From Gracilinanus agilis (taxonomy: Eukaryota), in contig NC_058132.1 in NCBI RefSeq assembly GCF_016433145.1, positions 276,298,939 to 276,362,938 on the forward strand: a stretch of DNA of 64,000 nucleotides, in the 5' to 3' direction. The position numbers and the translations under genes were made by a program. A model generated the notes under the pieces. The model saw only the letters and a list, made by a program, of their open reading frames with translations, did no database searches and had not been told where the DNA came from. Positions 33,817 through 45,159 of the stretch are shown here, piece after piece. Within the stretch, counting starts at the first letter, position 1. The number at the start of each line of letters is the position of its first letter.

Positions 33817-34002
33817 GGGGGCAGCTAGGTAACACAATGGATAGTCAGGCCTGGAGTTGGGAGGATTGAGATTGGAATGTGGCCTCAGATACATCCTAGC
33901 TGTGTGAAGCTGGGCAAGTCACTTTAACACTGATTACCTAGCCCTTGCTGTTCTTCTGTCTTAGAATTGATACTTAGAAAGAAGGTAAGGTTAAAAAAAA
34001 AA
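33817..34002 (+). mobile_element. Older SINE1-type SINE
   Basis: TSD AAGAGTAAAT[C/G]GGAT. Confidence 0.85.
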
Positions 34003-35909
34003 AAGAGTAAATGGGATTTAAAGTTCAGGCAATGAAGGCAACATGAAATAATGATTGCTATAGGGCTTAATTTGAGCAAGTGGGGTCAGGTGAAATTTAA
34101 TTTTTCTTTTTTTCAATAAATCAATATTTATTGAGTAGCAGATACTGTGCTAGGTGCTTGGAATATAAATACAAAAAAGAGAGTCTGCCCTCAAGGAGCT
34201 TACAAACCAATGAGGGAAGAGAGCACAGAAAAAAAAAAAACCAAACAACAAAATGCTGAAAAGTAGGAATGGGGAAGGGAAAGTACCCAATTTGAGAAGA
34301 ATATTGTAAAAGTCAGAGAAGTCCCAAAGTAGTGCAACCAGATGAGAAATGAGAGATTCTGAGCTGAGCTCCCTCCTTAAATGGAGGTTTGGAATTCAGT
34401 CTCCCTTCAGAGTGGCTGAGATTAGTGATGAGATGGAGTACCAAGACTAAAGCCCAGATGCTTTACTGTTGGAAAGGGGGGAAATAGCTTCCATATATGT
34501 AACAAAAAATTACATACTTCATGTCTAAAGCACCCTGAAAATGTTAAAATTATAAATGTAAACTTGTATTATTAGGGAATGGAGATGAGGATATGAAAGT
34601 TCTCTACAGGGATGGCGGCATCAGTCTTCTCAGTAGAGTAGGAAGGAAGCTGTGTTATCCTAGAATTCTTGTATCTTCTGGACCTGGAGAGAGGGAGAAG
34701 ATATTTAGTAATATAAATACATGAAGTTCTGTATCTACTTAATAGAAGAGATTTGGTTTTGTGGTTGCCTTTTTTCCTCTACATCTTTACTAGTACCTAG
34801 CAAATTCTTATTCTCCACTTCATTTTAATTTAAAGCATATGAATGTAACAAAGTAATTGAAATTATCCATCTGGCTTTAAGATTGTTTTTCTGTCATGTC
34901 CATTAGATTGTTCTAGAATATCAGAAAATATTCAAAAATATCTTTTTAAACCAATTCTCTTGGGTTCAGTTACATAAAATTTTCTTACTTTCTCCTTTGT
35001 TTTTTTATGACCACCTCTAATACCTATACTAGCTGACATACAAACTGCTGCCTTTTTCTTTAAAGTTATTTTCAAATCTTCCTTCAGAAAGGCTTCCCAG
35101 GTTAAATATGTAGTAGTTTGGTGAGTTACATAATCATTTCATACTTTTTACCTTTTTATATAATATCAAGTACTAAAGATATCCTAATTTTACAAACAAG
35201 TAATGCTTTTAAAGTGCTTTGTAAACATTAAAGTGCTATAAAATGTAAGCTATTATTTCCATTGTTCCAGGATGCCATACCCAAGAATTCTGCCTGCCTC
35301 TGAAGAAAAATAATTGTCAGAAATAAATTCCCAGCAGTTCTTCCCCTTTCTCCCTCTCAAATCACCTATCCCATATTTTCTCTTCCATTTGCTTGCATTG
35401 AGTTTTGTTTCTCTTTTGCTATCCAGCTTCCATTCCCTTGTCTTTACTCAGTTTTGCTCCAGATAAACGTATTATTCCTTGTATATATATCCCCTTCTTA
35501 GAAGTGTTTGATAATTACTTGCATCCTAAACTTAGTCTTCAGCTGTGAATTAATATTTTCCCCTATCCTGCAAAATTTAGTTCATATTCTATTTGCACTT
35601 CAAAAATTTTGTGCCCACACAATTGGAGATTTTATAAATCTGGTCACAGCATTCAAAGAAGAGGAGGGTGCCAAATGTAGGGTGTATAAGGCATAACTTT
35701 TGACTATTGCGCATATCTTCTGTTGATAAATATGTGGATAATCTGGTTGGTGGTGATTGTTTAATTTCATCAAGTGCTTGAAACAGATAATTAAAAGCAG
35801 TTGTATGCTGTGGATGTTAGGTTTATAGCTCACTTAATATTTTTTTGGGAAAAACTATCCTTAATTCATTTTTCCTTTACCAATACAATTAGGTCTTTTT
35901 TTCCCCTAA

Positions 35910-36090
35910 CATTTACCTTCCACTTTACAGTTAATACAGCATATTGGTTCCAAGGCAAAAGAGTGGTAAGGGCTAGGCTGTTAGTGACTTGTCCGGGATC
36001 ACACAGTTAGAAAGTGCTTGAGGACATATTTGGACCCAGGATCTCTGGTCTCTAGGCTGAGCTTTTAATCCACTAAGTTACCTCTCTGTT
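35910..36090 (-). mobile_element. Older SINE1-type SINE
   Basis: ttccaaggcaaaagagtggtaagggctagg body in reverse orientation. Confidence 0.75.
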
Positions 36091-38193
36091 CCCTGTAGTA
36101 AAGTCTTTAGCGGGTCATACCTAATAACAAGAAGGCCCATTAAAATATGTCTTACTAAGTTTCAGTTACCCTGAAGTAGTTCTTTGTAGAGTCTAATTGA
36201 CAATTAATTTACTAGTCTTCATAGACACAATAAAATAAAATGTTAGAAACTGCTAAAAAAAATTGTTAGACTTTTTATAAAACAATCCCTCTTTTCTCCC
36301 CTCCAGCCTACTACTTTATGTTCTTTTATAGCATAAAATTAAAAGAAATTCTTGTTAGAAATGCCTGTCAAGTGATTAAAAAATTCCTAATATGCTTTTG
36401 GGGGAACCATTCTCAATATTGCCATTTTGAATTTAAATATTTAAATGTGTGGTTTTAAAAAAAATCTTTTCAAAGGTTGGTTATTTACATCTAAGCTCTC
36501 AGTAATTATTTAGTTTGAAACAATTTACTTTTCTTTCAAATACCCCAAGATGAGAAGCTCTGAACTGGATAATATTTTTTATTCTTCACAACATTTTAAT
36601 TGTTTCTAGCTGTTTAAAGAGAAATTCTGTCATTTGCAATATTTTGCTGTCTTACAAGTATTATAAAAATTCAATTTATTTTGTGTAGTAATAGTGGCTA
36701 TATTAAGAGAGTTTAAATTATATTGAATAGAATTGTCTTTAAAATAGATATTTAAACTAAGAAGGTTGGTAGTCTTAGCCAAAAAGGAAATTTTCATTAT
36801 CCCCAGAAAATGTTGCCCACTTGGAAATGGTCATCCACTGTTGCTGGGCAACACAAGTCTTCTCTTGCTCAGCTAATAAAACCAACTTACTCTTTTCTTG
36901 TTCTGCTTTTGAGTGGCTTCATGGCAGAGGCTTCAGTTTTCTTGCTAATTCCCTGTTCTTACTATAGACTTTTTTGTCTTCATGCCACAGTCATTTGTTG
37001 GAGTTTGGAAGAGTGGAATCTTTCCCACTTAACCTCTGGATTGAACCCTCCCTCATAGCAAAGAGATAATTGTGCAAAAATACTCAAAACAATAACAGAA
37101 TATAAAGGTGTATAAAATGTTCTCCTTTTTGGTGAGGAAGGAGATATGTTTTATGATCTTTTTTCTGAGACCAACTTGGTATTTCAGTTATTCAGAGCCT
37201 GCCTTCCTTTTAAGTACTCATTTATCAATACTTTCATTTATATTATTGTAGCCATCTATGTTGTTCTTTTGCTTCTGCTTATTTTACTCTGCATCTATTC
37301 AAAGAAGTCCTTCATGTGTTTCTAAATTTTTCATACTTGTTAATTTATTTCTACACAGCAAATACTCTGTCTCAGTCATGCCAATCATTAGATGAATATC
37401 TAGTTATTTGTTAGACTTTTATTTCTGCTTAGACTTCCTTGGGTATATGTGCCTAGTAATAAGATGATTGGTCAAAGGGTATGATGGTAGTTTAGGGCAC
37501 TTTTCCTGAATAATTCTAATTCAGTGCCCAGAATTGTTAGATCATTTAAAGAGTAGGCTTTCTTAAAGGTACAATTAAAAGAAAGGAAGGAGGAAAAAAG
37601 TATAATGTTGCATATTGTTGTCCACAAGGTCTTTTCGGATACATAAGTACTGTTTATTCTTTTTAATGACCCCCCCAAAAAATAACTTTTTTGAAGTTTT
37701 GCTTCTTTTTTCTTTCTTTCTTTCTTTTTTTAAATAGGTTTTCTGGCTCTTCCCTTCTATCAGCTGTCACTTTCAAGTCTTTACCTTCATTGCCAGGTAT
37801 ACTCTCTTTCCACTTGGCAAGCTTTGTAGCATTATGTATTAAGTAATGGCAAATTGGTCTGAAAGATTACTTCAGGGCAAAGTACACAAACTTTGAGTGA
37901 TCTATTTTGACTGTTTATGACCCTTTCTACTACTTCTGTTCTTTCTCTTTGTATTCCAGATAAATTAATTACTACTGTAGTTTGGTTTTATGATGAGATT
38001 TTTATTGCAGTGTATACTCGTGTGGTGTTTTAGAATCAATGCCATACTGCCCAGTTCTTTTGTTATTAAAAATTATGACATGGGAGAGGGGTCCATCTAT
38101 CTTTTTATTTGGGCAAGTTCCATGATCTTAAATAGGACCATAGGGCTAGTCATAGAAAAATAGAACTAGAAGGTACCTAAGAGATGATCTAGT

Positions 38194-38815
38194 CCTGGGG
38201 TTCTTATAGACAGTGATGGCAAACCTATATCATGGGTGCCAAAAATGGTGCGCAGAGCAGTCTCTGTGGGCATTTAGCCACCCTCCCTTCCAACCCCCAT
38301 CCCCAGAGTTCATTATTAGAAAGGTAGAGCTGCTCCCCTGCCCCTCTCCAAAGGGCCTGATGACATTTTTTCACATGCCCCACCCCTCTGCCCAGCAGCC
38401 ATTGGGTACACACAGGAAGTAAGGCTCACAGGTGGCAGAGCTGGAGGGAGGCAGAGAGTGCTAGGGCTGCTCCCCTCCCCCTCTTCTGGCCAAGGACATT
38501 CCTCACTTCACCCACCCCTTCACCCAGCAACCCAATGGGATCCCTTTTTCCCTTCCCTGTGTGGGTAAGGTGGGGGCAGGGTATACCCAGAGTGTGGTGG
38601 GGAGCGGGGCTGGCTGACACTCAGTCTGGAGGATGGGATGTGGTCAGGGCCAGGCACTCCATCTCTAAAAGGTTCTCCATCACTGTTATAAGGTCTGTCT
38701 ATTTTGGTAACTTTTAATACGGTGGTTTCCTTTTGTAATCTTCTGACAAGGGATTCTATAAGCTTTACTTACCAAAAGGCTCCCTGAGATATAAAAAAAT
38801 GATTAAGAACCCCTG
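38194..38815. mobile_element. Ancient hAT-Charlie MER-type element interrupted by a younger MITE
   Basis: Ends ctggggttctta...ttaagaacccctg; same family as 10366-10561 in the opposite orientation. Confidence 0.55.
38211..38685. mobile_element. hAT MITE, 475 bp
   Basis: TIRs CAGTGATGGCAAACCT / AGGTTCTCCATCACTG (14 of 16 match); imperfect TTATA-containing TSD. Confidence 0.88.
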
Positions 38816-39009
38816 GACTACCCCAACCTTATTTTTATAGAAAAGAAATACGAGGCTAGGAGGTTCTGAGACTTCCCTAAGTTCAAGGTTATTAAGTGGA
38901 AGTCAGAATTTCAGCATAACTTTTGTACCATGCTACTCCATTGTGTTCCAATTTACAATGTTAAAAGGACTTTATTTAATCATTATTTTCTTTAAAAGTA
39001 GGCATTCTT

Positions 39010-39196
39010 GGGGACAGCTGGGTGGCTCAGTGGACTAAGAGTCAGGCCTACAGACAAGAGGTCCCAGTTTCAAATCTGGCCTCAGACACTTCCTAGCTGG
39101 GTGACCCCTATTACCTAGCCCTTACCACTCTTCTGCCTTAAAGGAACCAATTTGTGATATTGGTTCCAAGACAGAAGGTAAAGGTTTTTTAAAAAA
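39010..39196 (+). mobile_element. SINE1-type SINE with internal deletion
   Basis: gggacagctgggtggctcagtgg head; gaaggtaaaggttt tail. Confidence 0.85.
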
Positions 39197-39329
39197 CCGT
39201 TCTTATTGTTTGATGTTACTTTAATAATTTTAAAATTCAGGTTTATATTTCAATTTTAGAAGATACTTTATACTGTAAGGGGTAAAAAAAGGTAAGGGTT
39301 TAAAAAAAACAACATATTTACAAACAGAT

Positions 39330-40130
39330 ACCATGTATTTTCCAAGTTGTCCTTTTACTATACTAAACAGTCTCAGTTTCTTCAACTGATTTTCTTCTAG
39401 TACAGTTTCACATCATCTTGTTATCATTTCCCGCTTCTGGGCAACTTTCATTTTGTCATTATTCTTCCAACAATGTGGGAGAATTGAATGTAATTAATAC
39501 AAATATGGTCTGAGGAAAAGCACTGGGGAATTTTAATCCCAGTCATTCTGGAGGGTATCCTTCTGTTAAAGCAGCTTCAAATCAAATTAAACTTTTTGGT
39601 TGCCATGTCAAACCGTTGACTCACAAAAAAGTTGCAGTGCATTAAAATCTCCAGGCCTACCACAATTATTGTCTTAGCCACATGTCCATTGTCCTGTACT
39701 TAAAATTAAGTACTTTATCCCCTTTTATTAGATTCAGTCTTTCCTTCTAGACTTATTGGGAGCTTATTGGATCCTGATTCTCTCATCCTAACTTTCATAC
39801 TAACAATCCTCCCAGCTTTGTGTTTACTTGCAAACTTGCAAATTGGCTTTACTCTTTACTCAGGTTACTAATAAAAATATGGATCAGTACAGGACCAAGG
39901 ACAGAAGCCTGTAGTCCTTCCTCCTGTTGATGTTGAATGATTTGTTCACTATTCTTCGGGTTTGGTCACTAAAATAGTTCTAAGCCTATCTCACTTATTA
40001 TCCAACTTATGTCCTCCAACTTTTCCATAAGTATACTGCAGCAGATTTTATCAAATGCCTTGCTGAAAACTAGATATATGGTATCTATGATATCTTTCTG
40101 ATCTACCAGTTTAGAGTACCTGGTTTAAAA
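39330..40130 (-). mobile_element. CR1/L3 LINE RT and 3' fragment
   Basis: Minus strand YLVFSKAFD (CR1 YLDFSKAFD) near 40050-40077, plus degenerate KFADD-region sequence. Confidence 0.6.
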
Positions 40131-40164
40131 AAAAAGGAAACTAAATTGGAATGACGTAACTTTT

Positions 40165-40951
40165 TTTTAAGAATTTAAGTTCATTTAATTGATTAATTAA
40201 TTAAGACTATTTTCCCATGGTTACATGAATCATGTTCTTTCCCTCCCTTTCTCTTATCCCCTTCCTGTAGCCAACGAGGAATTCCACTGGGTTTCACATA
40301 TATCATTGATCAAGACCTATTTCTATATTATTAATATTTACACTAGGGTGATTGTTTAGAATCTACATCCCCAATAATATCCCCATCAAACCATGTGATC
40401 AAGCAGTTGTTTTTCTTCTGTGTTTCTACTCCCACAGTTCTTTCTCTGGATATGGATAGTGTTCTTTCTCATACGCCCCTCAGAATTGTCCTGGATCATT
40501 GCATTGCTGCTAGTAGAAAAGTCTATTATATTAGATTATGCCACAGCGTGTCAATCTCTGTGTATAATGTTCTCCTGATTCTGTGCCTTTCACTCTGCAT
40601 CAATTCTTGGAGGTTGTTCCAGTTCACATGAAATTCCTCCAGTTCATTATTCCTATTTGCACAATAGTATTCCATCACTAACAGATACCATAATTTGTTC
40701 AGCCATTCCCCAATTGGAGGACATCCCTACATTTTCCAAATTTTTTGCCACCACAAAGAGTGAAGCTATAAATATTTTTTGTACTAGTCTTTTTCCTTAT
40801 TATCTCTTTGGAGTATAAACCCAGCAGTGGTAGGGCTGAATCAAAGGGCAGGCAGTCTTTTAGCTCTCTCTGGGCATAGTTCCAAATTGCCTTCCAGAAT
40901 GGTTGGATCAATTCACAACTCCACCAGCAGTGCATTAATGTCCCAATTTTG
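40165..40951 (-). mobile_element. 5'-truncated L1 (ORF2 end plus 3' UTR)
   Basis: ORF 40935-40699 (HCWWSCELIQPFW); 17-bp TSD GGAATG[A/G]C[G/A]TAACTTTT. Confidence 0.93.
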
Positions 40952-41066
40952 GGAATGGCATAACTTTTATGTATGCATGTTTATTTTATATATTTGGATT
41001 TGATACAATAGGTGCTTCTCAGAAGAAACAGATTCTTTTCCAAGTTTATTCCTTAAAAAACAGTTA

Positions 41067-41254
41067 GCCAGGCCTAGAGACAGGAGGTCCTAGGTTCAAA
41101 TCCGGCCTCAGACACTTCCCAATTGTGTGACTCTGGGCAAGTCACTTGACCCCCATTGCCCACCCTTACCACTCTTCCACCTATGAGCCAATACACAGAA
41201 GTTAAGGGTTTAAAAAAAACATAAAAAGAAAGAAACAAACAAACATAAATAAAC
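41067..41254 (+). mobile_element. 5'-truncated SINE1_Mdo-type SINE
   Basis: TSD AAACAGTTA; patterned A-rich tail. Confidence 0.9.
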
Positions 41255-42329
41255 AAACAGTTAAGTAAATACACCCTAATGACATGGTTAGGACTGATAG
41301 TACATTTGTTTTTTAAATTTTTATTTGTTTTTATTTTCAGATGAAATGGAGAAGAAACTGGTATATATGCAAGGGCCTCACACCACAATTTGTTCTTGGT
41401 GAAAGATTTGCTCTTGGTGGCCGTATCTTTGTCCTTTTATAGTTTACCATTTATTATCAGAAAAGAAATGTGTTTTAACATGTGAGCATTGTATGTTGTA
41501 TTCAACTTGAGTTTTATTTTTATGACTTGTTTATGCTGGACTAAACATGATACAATATAGCAAATTGATCAATATATTCAATTTATATTGCTTACTATAC
41601 TTACTTTTAATGAGAAAATGAAAGAATATTGGTTTTAAACTGTAATATAAATGTTTGACTCTATAAACGCTAGAATCACAATAATTCTTACCCCCCAAAA
41701 AAACAAACACATGAAATCAGAAGACTTTATCATGACCTGTTGTGGGATATCTTCTTCCTCAGTGAACAAAACAACTGACTGTACATTTGGGACTATTTTT
41801 AAGGAGAAAGTATTTGGAACTTAGAAGGAAATGTAAATATTATAATTAAAAAACTTATTTTATACTATATCACAGTGCCCAGTATTAAGACCACATTAAC
41901 CACATACCTCCCTCTTCCCTCTCTCTTGTGTCTGTGAATAAATCCCTTTGTAAAGTTTTCTGAAAGATAGTTCCCTTAATAATGATTCCAAAAATTTTTG
42001 CCAAGAATGGAAGTTAAGTGACCATAGATACATTTGGAAATCTATGGTCTTTCCCATTTTGCAATTTGTAAGGACACCTCTAGGGTCTTGGATATTTTTG
42101 GTTTGCCACAGTTGTGTAGCTCAACAAGATGTGTGAGTTTTCTTTGACCCTCAAATATAGTTAATCTGGGGTTGTTGATTACACTTTCAGACCTTCAGTT
42201 GACTTAGATGTTAATTTTAAGTATTGGTTCTAAGGTAGTTAAGTGGAAAGGGCTAGGCAATTGGGTTTCAGGTGAATTGCCCAGGGTCACAGTTAGGAAG
42301 TGTCTGAGGCCAGATTTCTGTTATTTCTT

Positions 42330-44665
42330 TCTTTTTTTTTTTTTATTTTTTAGAAAAATTTTCCATGGTTACATGATTTGTGCTCTTACTTTCCCCTTCA
42401 CCTCCCCAAACCCCATTGTCCCCATAGCCAACACGCATTTCCACTGGTTTTAACATGGGCCGTCTATCAAGACCTATTTCCATATTATTGATAGTTGCAT
42501 TGGTGTGGTCCTTTCAAGTCTACATCCCCAATCATGTCCGCATCAACCCATGTGTTCAAGCAGTTGTTTTTCTTCTGTGTTTCCACTCCTGTAGTTCTTC
42601 CTCTGAATGTGGGTAACGTTCTTTTCCATAAATCCCTCAGAATTGTCCTGGGTCATTGCATTGCTGCTAGTACAGAAGTCCATTATATTCTATTTTACCA
42701 CAGTGTATTGGTCTCTGTGTACAATGTTCTTTTGGCTCTGCTCCTTTCACCCTGCATCAATTCCTGGAGGTCATTCCAGTTCACATGGAATTCCTCCAGT
42801 TTATTATTCCTTTGAGCACAATAGTATTCCATCACCAACAGATACCACAATTTGTTCAGCCATTCCCCAATTGAAGGGCATACCCTCATTTTCCAGTTTT
42901 TTTGCCACCACAAAGGGGGCAGCTATAAATATTTTTGTACAAGTCTTTTTTCCTATGATCTCTTTGGGTTACAAACCCAGCTGGATCAAAGGGCAGGTAG
43001 TCTTTTAGAGCTCTTTGGGCATAGTTCTAAGTTGCGATCCAGAATGGTTGAATCAGTTTACAACTCCACCAGCAATACATTAATGTCCCAAGTTTGCCAC
43101 ATCCCCTCCAACATTCATTACTCTCCCCTGTTGTCATTTTGGCCAATCTGCTATCTGTGAGGTGATACCTCAGAGTTGTTTTGATTTGCATTTCTTTAAT
43201 TATTAGAGATTTAGAACACTTTCTCATGTGCTTATTGATAGTTTTGATTTGTTTATCTGAAAATTGCCTATTCATGTCCCTTGCCCATTATCAATTGGGG
43301 AATGGCTTGATTTTTTTATACAATTGATTTAGCTCCTTGTATATTTGAGTAATTAGACCTCTGTCAGAGTTTTTTGTTAAAGATTTTTTCCCAGTTTGTT
43401 GTTTCCCTTCTGATTTTGATTGCATTGTTTTTATTTGTACAAAACCTTTTTAATTTAATATAATCAAAATCATTATTTTATATTTTGTAATTTTTTTCTA
43501 ACTCTTGCTTGGTTTTAAAATCTTTCCTTTCCCAGAGATCTGACAAGTATACTATTCTGTGTTCACTTAATTTACTTACAGTTTCCTTCTTTATATTCAA
43601 GTCACTCACCCATTCTGAATTTATCTTGGTGTAGGGTATGAGATGTTGATCAAAACGTAATCTCTCCCATATTGTTTTCCAATTTTCCCAGCAGTTTATA
43701 TCAAATAGTGGATTTTTGTCCCAAAAGTTGGGCTCTTTGGGTTTATCATTGACTGAATTGCTGATGTCACTTACCCCAAGTCTATTCCACTGATCCTCCC
43801 TTCTGTCTCTTAGCCAGTACCATATTGTTTTGATGACTGCTGCTTTATAGTATAATTTAGTATCTGGTACTGCTAGGCCACCTTCACTTTTTTTTTTTTC
43901 ATTATTTCCCTTGATATTCTTGATCTTTTGTTCTTCCAAATGAACTTTGTTATAGTTTTTTCTAATTCAGTAAAAAAGTTTTTTGGTAGTTTTATAGGTA
44001 TGGCACTAAATATGTAAATTAATTTGGGTAGAATGGTCATTTTTATTATGTTAGCTCGTCCTACCTATGAGCAATCAATGTTTTTCCAATTGTTTAAATC
44101 TAGTTTTGTTTGGAAAGTGTTTTGTAGTTGTGTTCATATAATTCCTGTGTTTGTTTTGGTAGATAGAGTCCTAAATATTTTATATTGTCTAGCATATAGA
44201 CAATATATAAATATAATGGTGTTTCTCTTTCTAACTCTTGCTGTTGTATTGTGTTGGAAATATTTAGAAATGTTGATGATTTACGTGGATTTATTTTGTA
44301 TCCTGCAACTTTGCTAAAGTTGTTGATTCTTTCTACTAGCTTTTTAGTTGATTCTCTAGGATTTTTTAAGTAGACCATCATATCATCTGCAAAGAGTGAT
44401 AGCTTAGTCTCCTCATTGCCTATTTTAATACCTTCAATTTCTTTTTCTTCTCTAATTGCTACTGCTAGTGTTTCTAGTACAATTTTAAATAATAGAGGTG
44501 ATAATGGGCATCTTTGTTTCACGCCTGATCTTACTGGGAAGGCTTCTAATTTATCCCCATTGCATATGATGCTTGTTGATGGTTTTAGATATACTGTTTA
44601 TTATTTTTAGGAAAGGTTCTTCTATTCCTATAGTTTCTAGTGTTTTCAATAGGAATGGGTGTTGA
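42330..44665 (-). mobile_element. 5'-truncated L1 (RT domain to 3' UTR, about 2.3 kb)
   Basis: ORF2 fragments KQRCPLSPLLF, SLFADDMMVY, YYKAAVIKTIWYW and C-terminal CWRGCG...CWW; L1 3' UTR and poly-A tail. Confidence 0.96.
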
Positions 44666-44950
44666 AATTTCTAAATTTTTATTTCTAAAAAAGATTATTC
44701 TTCTTGAGAGAGAAAAAAATGAGATATGATTTGAACAGTTCAACCTTTTCTCTTTTGTTGGCTGTTGCTACCCCATCTACTCCACTAGGATTGGTCCTAT
44801 CTCTTCTTTGATCTTCCTCTTTCCCATAATTAAAAATATCCTTTTTGTTGTTCATAATATTCCTTTCAATTCTCAGTTAATTGTGGACTACTGTGTACCT
44901 AATATTGCTAAAAAATTATAACTTTTGTATTCATACTGTTACTTGCTCTT

Positions 44951-45159
44951 TTTTTTTTTTTTTTTAAACTCTTACCTTCTGTCTTGGAGCCAATACCATG
45001 TATTGGCTCCAAGGCAGAAGAGTGGTAAGGGTAGGCAATGGGGGGTCAAGTGACTTGCCTAGGGTCACATAGCTGGGAAGTGTCTGAGGCCAGACTTGAA
45101 TCTAGGACCTCCGGTCTCTAGGCCTGGCTCTCAATCCACTGAGCTACCCAGTTGCCCCC
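44951..45159 (-). mobile_element. SINE1_Mdo-type SINE
   Basis: 14-bp TSD TGTTACTTGCTCTT. Confidence 0.95.
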
